Below, one piece after another: positions 48,401 through 60,063 of a stretch of 64,000 nt of DNA (positions are counted from its first letter, which is position 1; every line of letters begins with the position of its first letter). The notes beneath the pieces are model-generated. The model did not search any database, was not told where the DNA came from, and worked only from the letters and a program-made list of their open reading frames with translations. Source of the stretch: Phallusia mammillata. Its lineage: Eukaryota. Position numbers and translations under genes: made by a program. The stretch is from positions 15,252,001 through 15,316,000 of the forward strand of contig OZ281497.1 in NCBI GenBank assembly GCA_965637545.1, in the 5' to 3' direction.

Positions 48401-51400
48401 ATTACTTTCAGCAACATTTTTCTTCAATTGATTGGTCCGAAACTATAGTTTATTTTAACCACTGGGTAATGATGTTCAGACACAATTTAAATTCCATCCT
48501 TTTTATTTTTTATTATCTAGTAGCGCTGTCATGAGCTTATAACTTAACACATTGTTTTGTTTAGTGGACATCAAGCCAGCACCGAAAGCAGCGCTTGAAT
48601 CGGATGATTTCTCGGTAATTGTCTCGGACAACTTTAAACCAACTGGTCTGTCTGTGTTGGGCCCACCCAGTGGCGGCGAAAATGATAAACCGACCATGAA
48701 AACAGCAAACATATTAAAAGTTAAACCAAGCACAGAAGTTACTTCCACAAAACCTGCCGCGAAATTGATAGAGGAAGCAGGTAACATGAGGTCAACGACC
48801 TCCAAGACCGTAAAAGCGGACGACTTGTCAGCTGATGAAGACAATTTGCCACCCACAAGTCCACAGGGAATACGCGCGTGGACTTCTCATTCACATTTGC
48901 CTGCCTTGTCGACGCTGAGGGCTAAAGAGGAGCTTGCTGCGAAGGAAGGGCTAAGCAAAAGCGAGATCGATCTGCTTGACTCAGTCGCAGACACTCCAAT
49001 GCATCAAAGCAAGCAAAGTGGTGGGAGCGTAACCGATATTGCGGCGGCTAAATCGGGTACGAGCAAGTCGAATGATGAGCTCAAAGCTATTTTTGAAAAG
49101 CGTCCTGCCGAACCGAGTTCGTTTAACAATGCAAGCAACCTGCTTGACCGTCTTGATCAGCTCGCCAACCGTAACAGAGGCGGAACACAAGCGACAGCGG
49201 GTCGAACAATGCCCGCCGATGTTACGACAGGCAAAGAATTGCACGCACCATCGAGTGGCGCAGTGATTGCTGGAAAAGAAGTCCATTTAACGCAAGGGCG
49301 TAAGAGCAGGGACAGCAAAAAGCCAGTTGCGGCAGCACTGGACAGTATTCCATTTATGGACGAGGCAGATGAAGACCTTAAGGTTGCAGGAGATAGAGAA
49401 AGCGACGACGGTGCGCTCGACCAAACCCTGCAGGAATTTAGCATAGACAAGGAAGCCACTAAGGCAGTTAGCGAAGAACTTTCGACCAAGCGTGAGCAGC
49501 TGGCAAGTGCAGAAAACAATTATGCACTGTCGGCGGACTTTGTTACCGAAGGCAAATCTTCATCAGTCACATCAGGGGAAAGTCTTCCTGCGACCGACCA
49601 CGACTCTGGTGTTGGCAATGACGTCGAGAGCCAGGAATCAATACCTGACGATGGTAACGAAGTTACTGGAGCTTTGCACAAGAACGCTATGCATCTTGCA
49701 AGAAAACCTACTTTTGACACAAATACAACACAAGTCGGCGAATCGACAGCTTTAAGGCGTAACAAAGGCGGATGGATTGCTCTAGTGAGGACTGATCAGC
49801 CGCAAGCCGAACCAACATCATCTGGTATTACTTCTAATGACCAAGTCTTTGCGGCCGCTCCATCTCCATCAGTGACAAGTCAGGCACAGCGTAACAAAGC
49901 GGCTGAAAAACGATCAAACCAGCTTCATTTTGCCCCCAACATCACAGTCGACTCGACAACAGTGACGTACAGCTTTGATTACAACAACGCGAGGCAGCCA
50001 GGCCAGGTTTCACCGAACAAAGCTAGCGCCGGCAACAACAACAACAAGGTGACAGAGAACATCAAGAAGTTTGAGAAGTTTTTCGAGGGCGGTTATCCCG
50101 GACCGCGACGCGCCTCCGCTGACCTTACTGGCATGAAAACCAGCAAGAGCTTGAACCAGCTTCAAGAAATTCAGTCACCACAAAACGTTGCCCGCAAACC
50201 TCCACCTCCAGTAAAACCGAAAGCCTTGTCACAACCGAAAACCTTATCACTTCAGAATATTCCTCCTGCACCTCCCAGCGGCGGTACACCGAAACCCAAC
50301 ATGGTATCATTCAGTACCGAACGTAGAGTGTCGGATAATACACGTGAAGAAAGCCAAGTTGATGTTTCTCATGCTGACACGTCATTGGAAAACGAAATGT
50401 CAGAAGTGGATCGTACCTTGGAGCAGCTTTCCCTTCGAAGACTGGCTGGTCATCAGAAAAAGTCGAAATTTGAAGAAGCCCTTGCCGCCACTAAACACAA
50501 GCACTTTCGTGACAAACTGGAAAAGATGATGCAACAGAAGGCTCCGCTGACTCCTGGTAGACGGCCGTCGCGAAATAGCACTTCGCCACTGGCAAACATA
50601 CCCAGGATAACCTCTCCTGTACCAATGGCTCTCTCGCCACACGGAAAATTCACACCACTCGAGAATCTGACCGCAGAAGACACTTGGTCAAACGGACAGA
50701 AAGACCCATCAAGGCCAGTTGAACGATCCAGTCAGCAATCCGTCCATGAACGGCTCAAAGAAAAGCTTCAGCCTAAAACTATTGAACCTAACAGCAGCCA
50801 ATCGGCTACATCTCGTGCAAGGCAAAGTTCTGCTTCAACTTCAAGGCCATTTGGAAGACGCGGTTCAACACACAGGAGCTCGATCCGCAGTCTTGGTGGG
50901 AATGAGACCGACGACAAGGAAGACAGTCAAGATGCCGAGTCCAAAAAGACTATTGAAGAGCAACTTGGGCAGCTTCTCCTTGATGGAACATCTTCGCCTG
51001 GCCACAAAAATGACCAGGGCTTTGTGACGTACGTTCCTACCGAAGAAATGTATAACGAACGCCGAATGCAATCACCACCACCTGTCTCCCGATCTGTGGG
51101 TGCCTTTGGTCAAGCAACACGAAAACCTCCACCACCATCTGATTGGAAAGATCAGCTGCTTCGTCACATCGAGCGTAAGAAGCAGGAGAAGTTTGAGGTC
51201 AATGGTTTGCATCCGCATCTTCATCCCCAGCAGCCCATGCGGGTCACTTCACCGTCGCGTCACATCGAAGCCGGTTACACGGCATCAGCGTCGTCAGCTT
51301 CATCATCAACGCACGGTGACACCAACTACTCAAAGGTTGACAATCGAAACTTTCCGCGGAATAACGAAGCACGACGATCTTTCAACAGACCTTCGGAGGT

Positions 51401-53928
51401 GGCTCGCAAACCTGAAGGTCAAAACCGAGCAATGTCGCGCTCAGTTACAGCTCCAGAGGCAATTGGTTCGATACCACAGCCTGGTGGAAAGCGTGAATCA
51501 CTTACCCAGCCCAGTAACTTTGTGCGATCCTCAAATGATGGACCAAGGCAGCCTGCTGGTCGTCGATCAAGTGGGAGATTTCTTCGCACTCGGACTCCGG
51601 GACCGGAATCGGTGGCGAGCTCTGGAAAACACGTGGAAAGCATCGTACGACCGAAGAGCGCCATGGACATGCCCACCAATTCCTTCCAGATGTCAGGTTT
51701 TGACAAAACAAACGACATGCCCTCGCAAATACAGGTATGTCTACCTTTAGGATATTTTAACACTTCCTTGTATCAATGAAGTCCATTTTATAGGATATTT
51801 CTCCTAACAAACATTGTAAATCTACGTATTGATTGTTTTAATCTTTCTTTCGTCTTAGAAACCGCGAGCGCTGCCTGCAGTTGCCCCTCCCACCTATGAA
51901 GCTCACATGCTACGTAGAAAACCTCCAAGTAATGGAAGCAAGAAGAATTACGAGAGTGACTATGTAAACGTGGAATACGTTGATCAGATGCGGGCCAGTG
52001 GGCGAAGGAAAGAGAAACGGGACAAGACTCAACCAAACAAAGAGCACGTGGAGCAAGATCCGCAATCCGCTTTTCCTTTACGTGCTTCTGGTTCACACGA
52101 GTCTGTGCTCAACTCTAAGTAAGCATTTTTATGTTGACAATAATTCTGTGATAAAAAATAAAGACCTGTAGTGGCTAACGTTGGTATTATAAGGCTGATA
52201 AGACTGTCAATAGTGTTTGGCAATGTAGTACAACAATCAAGCCTCTAATTCCTTATCTGACTGTTGCTTCCTCGTGCGTTCGTACATAGCATCAGTGTTT
52301 TATATGGTAAATGACATTGCTCGTTTTTTTAAGAATGGAGAAAACCAATCCGTACGAAGCAGCGATGCCCAACCCGGCCATGATGCGCGGTTCCAACTCC
52401 CAAGACTCGATGCTCGACAAGACTTATCCGAAACACTACAGCCTCCCGGCGCACTCGCAGCCACCAACACATCATGGCAGACGCGGCAACGGAGCTGCTA
52501 ACGTCCCCGTGGCACGTGCGCCCTACCCTTACGAACCTATCAACTACCAGCCACCGCGACAAAGCAGCCGCAGTCAGGGACATAAGCCAGTGCAAAAGCA
52601 CCCTGACAAACACAGTGGACAATACGGCTTTATTCCCGCTCCCAGCAAAACAAGACCACCAAAGATTCCACCTCGCGACCACCCGGTTCATGTTTCCAAA
52701 AAACACCGGCAGCCTCACGACGACTACATGGTTCTGCCCGACCGACGATTTCCAGTGGATCCTTATTATTTGCCCCCGCCTCCAGCTTTCCATGATGATT
52801 ATCAAGAGACGATGCCGCCGCTTTCCCCGTCGCTTCAGCGTTCATATGGCGAACGGGAGGATGAAAGGTAGTTAATAGTCACAACGTTAGTCCTGTAAAA
52901 AATATTAATAAAAATCGAAACACATTGATAGTAAGATTAAGGAAAAATGTCTATACGTCCATTACTGATAAATAACTGTTTGGCCATTGTCAGCAAACAA
53001 ACTTTGTAATGAAAAAACGTGCACACATATTAACAGTCACTTTAACTTTTTTACTTTGTATCTTTTCTCAGTGTTGCGTCTGCCTTCCGGCCTTACCACC
53101 AGCACCAATTGAATCAGCGTCACTCACAAGCTCCAGCCCCCAAGCATAACCCCTATCAGCAGCATTACCCTCAACAACAACCACCTCAACCCCAACATTA
53201 CGACGTGAGGTATAACAACCAGCGTGGAAATGTGATAGACCACCATAGACATCACCACCAACTTGATCGAGGAGCGAAACAAGAGTTTCAGTATGGTTAC
53301 CATGAAAATCCTCCTCACCAATACCATCCTACAATGGAAGAAGATCTTTCAGCTGGAAGTGAACCAAGGTAAGGAAATGAAATAAGAATGGAAGTGGAAA
53401 TGAATAGTGTATTTTTTAAAACCGTCATTCCTCATTCCTCAGATTTTTATAGGAAAATGTACATATATCTGCAATAAACATGCATTATTTAGTCTTTCTG
53501 GTGAGATTTCTCGACATTGGCGCGAAGCTGATGCTGCAGCCGAACTCGTAACCGTGACAGTGATGAAAAACCCTACTTTTGGTTTTCACATAATGGGTGG
53601 AATCGACTCGGGTGGAAATCCATACAGACCCGACGATGACGGAGTGTTTATCACTTATGTGGCACCAGGTGGCGCTGCTGATGGACAAGTACAACCTGGC
53701 GACAAAATTCTGCTGGTAAGTTACTACAACTTTAAAACCTAATAATCACACAAAACCTTAAGTCTTGTAAGTACCCTTGTTTAGTTTTAATAAAACATAT
53801 GTCCTCTTTCAAAGGTCAATGGTTCGGACTTCGTGGGCATCACACACAAGAGAGCTGTGGATTTGCTGCGTAACGCCGGACAAGTGGCGGTGCTTGTCGT
53901 GGAACGTCTTGTTGGACGTCCAGTTTAA
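36409..53928 (+). CDS. ERBIN/LRRC7: LAP-family scaffold of Erbin/Densin-180 type: N-terminal LRRs, LAPSD, very long low-complexity middle, one C-terminal PDZ
   Basis: Exons: 36409-36445 (putative first coding exon, less certain), 39473-40771, 40872-41029, 41244-41361, 41995-42073, 42576-42786, 43227-43446, 44695-44842, 46710-46880, 47286-47446, 47842-48055, 48331-48389, 48565-51734, 51859-52118, 52334-52867, 53072-53368, 53493-53715, 53815-53928; all phases join. Motifs: RCMC..E....IDY....LKEVP (LAP N-terminus), [23 protein letters not shown]...[24 protein letters not shown] (LAPSDa), and [29 protein letters not shown]...PGDKIL.VNG.DF..ITH..AV.LL. Confidence 0.92.
39473..40771 (+). CDS. 1299-nt symmetric (phase 1-1) Ser-rich exon upstream of the LRR region of the LAP gene
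   Basis: 433-codon open frame between ttttgcag| (39472) and G|GTAAGT (40772). It joins in frame to exon 40872. Confidence 0.8.
43651..44124. mobile_element. Non-autonomous hAT (Charlie/Buster-like) MITE, 474 bp, in a LAP intron
   Basis: TIRs CAGGGGTCTCAAAC ... ATTTAAGACCCCTG. The 8-bp TSD is gtttaaac / gtttaaag (7/8 match). Subterminal GCGGCCC/GGGCCGC motifs are present. Confidence 0.88.
44893..45885. mobile_element. Tandem-core repetitive element, Helentron/HINE (pearl-like) candidate
   Basis: 5' hairpin gtccccttc-cct-gaaggggac (44904-44924), then a T-rich tract (~44945-44995), two near-identical 159-bp cores (starting 44998 and 45157), a partial core near 45330 and a diverged core at ~45760-45885. 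Boundaries are approximate. Confidence 0.55.
45581..45647 (+). mobile_element. SINE-like/tRNA-derived fragment: B-box plus poly-A tail
   Basis: GGTTCGAACC at 45613-45622 followed by a 20-nt A run (45628-45647). No A-box or cloverleaf, so it is not called a tRNA gene. Confidence 0.4.
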
Positions 53929-56709
53929 TTCCTAACATGAGTCGCTACCGTCACATGTTTTTATTTCCTTTAGTAGTGTTCTGTATATATTTCAACGTTT
54001 ATCGTTTACACGTCATTTTTTAAAAATTGTTTTTTGTTGTTATGCGCCTTTATGTTCCACGCCCAAACCATTGAGCGTTTGCTGCAGTAAACCGTTACGC
54101 GTCAGTGACACGTATGTGCATTGTTACAACACGGTGTGAATTCTAACACCGCTCGAGCTATCTGTAATTGCTGCTCGAATGATCAAAACATATTGTATAT
54201 CTTAATGACTGTGTGGGTGAAGTTCACATATTTATTCCTTGTACCGAATTAATTGGTCCACTGCCCTTACATAAGGTTATCCGGGCATCTGCATTCCTTA
54301 GTATGTGTTGAGTTTTTACATTGACACGATTTTGTTTATTGCGCGGTCAGTATTATGGAGTTATCGTCGCCAGTTTATGTCGAAATACAACGCCACTCAT
54401 CCAACGTGTCCACTTCGCCAACAAATAGGAAATTTCAGGACCAAATATAAAAAATAAATTTAAGGTGGCTAGGCGTCACAGAAGGTTTGTGTGAAATCAA
54501 TGCTACTCGGCTATTTTGACGAAACATTTGCTCGTGCAACTAACACTTAAAGAGGATAGAGGACTTTTTTCTTAAAGGCCCCCATGTAATTCGTACCCTC
54601 TCGGTCACATTGGCATGCATCTTGTTATCCTTTTTAAGGAGGTGATTGTATCAAATATTTAAACATTTAGCTAGATCAAAGGCCACAGGTTTGATTTACC
54701 GCAGAAAGAATCTTTGCTACATCAACATCTGAAAAAATGCTTAATAGCACGAAAAAAAAATCACTATCACTATCCAATTTTGAACGCAAGGAACAAAACA
54801 AAATATTTAACAGTCATAATATTAAGTACTCGTTTCAAACTCTCTTCATCAAGTCTACAGTGTTCCTAATCTATCTTTTTGCTTTTGAATAAAAAAGACG
54901 TTGTCTTCGCGCCAACAGATTGCGTTCGGCACAAATGGTGGGACGTGAGTAATTATTGAACTCGCTTAGACGACGCGGCGCAACTCAATACATGACTTTT
55001 GGGTTTTGTGTGGTAGTTTTTGTCTGACAAGGCATTCTTTAAACTAGTTATCAGGCACTTTAAAGTTACATAGAGGTAACGTATTGCAGGTCAAAGCCTT
55101 ATTGGAGTTATTTGGGGATTAGCGTATGGTTAGTATAGCCACCCTTCATGTAGGCTAATTTGTTTTTTAATGCCTTCTTGATTTCAGTGTGCTGTTTGTA
55201 CTATGTGGTTGGTAACATTGTAACAGTTGTACAAAAAATGCAGTGAAATTCTCAAACATTCGAGACATACTGAGAAAGGCGTACGAAAAAACGGGGCAAA
55301 CTACCAGCAGAGTGCCATGTATAACCAGCTGATATATAAGTCGCAATAATCATTGTTACATCCTATTTGCCAGTCATTGTCGATTTCTGTTAATTGTTCC
55401 GCTTGGCTGATTTAAGCTCTACGTTAAACGTGGGGTATGTAAATATTTATCCACGAGACAGCATGTTCTTTGAACGCCACGTTTTTGTGAGCTGCATCAG
55501 TTGTTTGGTTTGCAGTCTAGATAAGTGAATTTTGCCTAATTTTCTGCGTCTTTTTGTTTATAGTGAAATTGGTAATGCTAACAGCAATGGTCAAAACGCT
55601 AAATTGTCAGTTGTGGAACCTATAGCCGCAGGCTAGTACAGCCCTGGTTACCCAACAGTTGGTACGTTTATTTCCTTATTTCATTTCTGTTTAACACGTA
55701 TTAATGTATACTAAGCCGTAACTGAACTTATTATAAGTAATTGGAAGTCATTTGACGTAAAATGTGACCGATTAATGTAGATTCACGAACGGTGCAGAGC
55801 CAGGCTGCGCGCCTAGCGGACACTACTCCCAAAAAGTTTTTTACACACACAAAACACCTTGTAACGTTAAAACTGGGTCGATCCGTTGTTTTCAAGGTCG
55901 CTAAAGATCTATTCTAGATAGTGCTTAGTTCAATGATGCATACTGCTCTCCACCTAAAGAGTTAGCACTTGCACCATATTGTTGATCTGTGACGTCATAC
56001 ACGACTCGAATCTTCCAAATTGCCTCGTGGAACATCATATTCAATTGTCCCAAAAATGTGGTTGCAGTCGGAAATTAACTTGCAGATTATATGTGTGAAG
56101 GACGACCGTTTTGTTGATCTGGTAATAAGGAAGATGGTGAGTGTTGTTTATTAGTTTGTGTCAATTTCGCATTTTATTAATGGCTTTTTTTGAAAATATC
56201 ATGTTTTTGTTACATATTATTATCACAAAAATTGTTTACGCTTGGCGAAACGCATAGCATGTGCAAAGTTCTTGGTTGGCTTTTTTTCAAAACCATAACT
56301 ACACGGTAAAATCGCCACACCACTGTTTAGTAAAGCAAACGGTTTGCCTAAACTTATGTGGATTCAGGTACTAGCAGACAACTGGTTACTGGTGTACCTG
56401 TAAGGTCAAGTGTAGCGATTGAAATATCGCTATATCATGTTGCACAAACTGACCAATTTTTAACTATTAGTACATTGTAAAAATGTGGGATTTTAGGACT
56501 GAATCTGTTTGCAATATTTTATGTTGTCCAAATATGCCCAGTTAAATGTTTTGAAACTCTTTAAACAAAGTTAGACGTTTGGACCTACGTGGACAATGAT
56601 GCTTCTAAGTTTCAACCAAACTAATCAGAAATATTGCAAAAATTAAGTTTGTTTTGGTAAGATGAGATTTAATTTGCAACAACCGTCAAAATAAATGTTG
56701 CAGCTAAAC

Positions 56710-57140
56710 CAGAGTGCTCTTCAACCTTTTTAGTGGCACAGAACCCTTAAGGTGTTTTGTCAAACTTTGCGCAATCCCCATAAAATTATTTTAACCAATG
56801 TAATAGGCTACACCAAAGAAAAAAAACATGCATTTTACTTCAATTAAACGATGTACTGAAACGCATTGCCATGTTACTTGTAACCGTCATTTCTACATTT
56901 ATCTCATAATTTTGCCAGTCCATTAAGGCTGTGTTTATAACGTCACAATTGATCATTGGTGCAACCGAGTTTAACTAGATTGTACAGGCGAGCATTGCTG
57001 TTCGCAACAATGATATTGTTATGATTTATATTTGTACAACAAACCGCTGCGAACCCCTGAGCAACCCTTAAAGATCACGTAACCCCTGTAAGGGTAGTAC
57101 ATAACCCTAGGGTTCCGCTGCCCCCGGTTGAATAGCCCTG
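56710..57140. mobile_element. Non-autonomous hAT MITE, 431 bp
   Basis: Perfect 8-bp TSD AGCTAAAC (56702-56709 and 57141-57148). TIRs are cagagtgctcttcaacc (degenerate) and ggttgaatagccctg. Subterminal gaacccc/gggttcc motifs are present. Confidence 0.85.
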
Positions 57141-57174
57141 AGCTAAACCGCTCCCACAACAATTATTACTTGCA

Positions 57175-57368
57175 ACAAAATCTTGACACCTTTTTGTGTG
57201 TTTGTATTTCGTCATAATATCTTCTTACTGCATGGGCGTGTTAAACATTTGGTTTAATTCTTTTAAGCAAGGTTTGCGAGTAGTTTTTGGACATATAAGA
57301 AGATATTATGACGAAATACAAACACACAAAAAGGTGTCAAGATTTTGTTTGCGAGTAGTTTTTGGACA
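57175..57368. repeat. 53-bp perfect inverted repeat whose right arm is bracketed by a 21-bp direct repeat
   Basis: 57175-57227 is the reverse complement of 57296-57348. The sequence tttgcgagtagtttttggaca occurs at 57273-57293 and 57348-57368. Confidence 0.88.
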
Positions 57369-57819
57369 ATAATTTAAATTTGCGGAAAACGATTATTCGT
57401 TTGTACAACTGTTGTAATTTTTTTTCATAGCGTACGCAAAGGTACGCATTCCATCCGAATGTGATACAAAAATCGGTATAGAATCGGCCTTGTTTCAATA
57501 CAAAAAAAAATTCTTATGTGCTTGTCAACGTACTTATTTTCCCTTGTTGGTGAATAATTTCGACGTGTTCGGAGTAGTTGTGATAGAAAGTAGATTTTTA
57601 AAATGGTATTTTTACTATTTTTTTATATAAATACTTGTACAGACGGGGGTAAAAATTAGCTAACACGAACTTGAGCATTGCAAGGTCAGCGATATGTAGG
57701 ACGTATTTGACCTTGGTAAAACTGTAGCATAATTGGCAAGGCATACAAACCGAATATAATTAAACATCTAGTCAAAACTGATAAGAAAGTAGTACCTCCA
57801 ACGCCAATGTAGTTTAGAT

Positions 57820-58538
57820 CAGGGCTTCCCGAACTGGGGGTCGCGACCCCGGAAGGGGTCGCTTAACAAACTTGAGGGGTCGCAGAGAGCTGTACCAATT
57901 TTGCAGGAAGTACTCCATACACTGGGGTAGAGTACGGGAGTTCCGCACACCCCCGGCCTTGACCTTTGTATAACGTCACAATGTCGTTTTTGTTCAAGTT
58001 ACATCGGTTTCAAAACGTTTCCAGATAAGCGCAAACGAGCTTGTAGTGACGCCATTGATCGAACAGACGTCGGTTGAAACGCAACAATTGCAATTGTTTT
58101 GAAATACACAGGCATTTTAATTGCAACATAAAGATGACACATAGAGTTACAGAATAACGTTTAAGTATTGTGTCATTGTGTGGCGCAATAACTTTCTCTG
58201 ATAAAATACGTAATAAATTTACGATTTCTAAGCTGTGTTTAATGTCCGTTTGCAAAGCACTGCAACGACCTAAACTTGGTCCAAGGTGACAAGTGCCTAT
58301 TTGCAAAACAATGTGACAGAAACTAAAGGCTAAAGCACGTAAAAGGTATCGGTGTTTGAACGTGTAAAGTAGTAGACTCCGAGTACCGGTAGGTTGTTTT
58401 TAGTTTTCGCTCGAATTAGTCGTTTCAATAAATACAACAAACGTATTTTTTCATTGTTTATCATATTATCCGTGAAGGGTCGCGGAAAATTTAAAGAGAT
58501 TAATAGGGGTCGCGATGAAAAAAGTTTGGGAAGCCCTG
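57820..58538. mobile_element. Non-autonomous hAT MITE, 719 bp
   Basis: TIRs CAGGGCTTCCCGAAC / GTTTGGGAAGCCCTG. Perfect 8-bp TSD GTTTAGAT (57812-57819 and 58539-58546). Repeated subterminal GGGGTCGC motifs occur at both ends. Confidence 0.92.
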
Positions 58539-60063
58539 GTTTAGATGAACAAACATTACAAATCCTGCAATGTAATTTGACTACCAAGACTTTCTTTGTT
58601 GTTTAAGCACGATTTCAAGTCTGTTAAACTGTAGTGTGGATAAATAACACCTACGACGCCTAATATGTTAGGAGATATATCAACATTGTCAAATTCTTTT
58701 TTGCATTTCCCTGACAACAACCTGACTTCGTGCAACATTCATAGCATTTCGATACCTGTACTGTTGGTTAATTTGTATCAATTGCTACAAAACCCTTGGG
58801 TAGTCCTACTTGACATAGCGATATATTTGATATAGCCTAGTTTTACACCATGTAAACAAGAAGTAGACGTAAGGAGTGCTTAGGACGTAACATATACTGT
58901 CACATTGCGTTGATGAGGTCGTAACTGTGAGCTAATCCTAATTGCGGGTGTTAACCGGACCAAACTGGGTTGTAGAGGATTTTGTTTAACAGTTAATAGA
59001 GAGCATGGGTTTGTTTGTCACTCCCAGTCGCGACCGGAATAAAATAAAACATTGCGAAAGTTTGTAAAGCTACTGATTTGTTTTCGGGACATGCAAGTAT
59101 TATTTCCCGCACTGTCAGATAAAATATTAATGTGCAGCATGGTTTTAATGTTTGTTATACATACTCAAAGCATTTAAATAAATCGCGTTTAAAAAGTACA
59201 ACATATGAAAAAATGTAAATGCATTTGGATTAATATTTTCTTTTAATCATTGTTCTGTCCATGTTTAATTCACCCTAAACAAAAGATGCCGAGCCTTAAG
59301 CACTTTACATTATTGTTCAGTGTTCATCAGCATTGTTTTGTTTCTAATGTTACCTACGTAACTTAGTATGGCGCTGTAATTATTCTGTTTAAACTGGACA
59401 TTTTCAGATTCTAATTATTTGTAATATTTTAGTATAAAGCGATAAAAACATTCTGGGTTGAAGCTTTGTGAAAATCGGGCGGATCGTGCACACGGATGTC
59501 TGTGTAGTAGGCTTTTCGAGCGCATGGTAACTTTGAACACAGTTTGCAAAACAAGGTTATTGCACACGGCCGACACTCAATCCGATCAGCGTAATCCGGA
59601 ATAAACCGGTTTCAAAATAGTCCCGGGTTTATTTGTGGCTGTATTTACAGAAGTGATGACATAAAACGTTCACGATAAGTGACATTGAAGATGAGCTATC
59701 AAGCAAGACAGTGAAAGTAAAACAATGGGAGCGAAAAATGTAGGCATTAAACCAGTATTCTTCGATGTCTGATATAGATTTACTAAATGACTTTGTGTTT
59801 TACACTGTTGATGAAACTTGTTTATTGTGTCTGATTCTGTACTAGTATGTAAACGTACATTTTGCCACTTGTCAATGTTGGTAGTGATGCCTGTTACTGT
59901 ACATTATTCACAGAGTAAAAGCAATAATCCCTCACGTACAGTTGTATCATAATGTGTATATGTGCTATAAATGTACAGCACAAAATTTGTTAATAATAAT
60001 ACCGCATGCATTCCGGTTTAAACCAATAGATCTCGTATTTACTGTAAAATGTGTGATTTATAG

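Noticed and set aside
48503-52875. Many 60-216 aa antisense and alternative-frame ORFs (e.g. 51100-51750 +, 52329-52805 -, 49157-49519 -)
   Set aside because: These are shadow ORFs of the GC-richer, low-complexity LAP exons. They have no recognisable domains and no splice signals of their own.
58010-58738. ORFs inside or next to the 719-bp hAT element as a transposase remnant
   Set aside because: They are short, with no zf-BED, DDE or hATC-like motifs. The element is non-autonomous.
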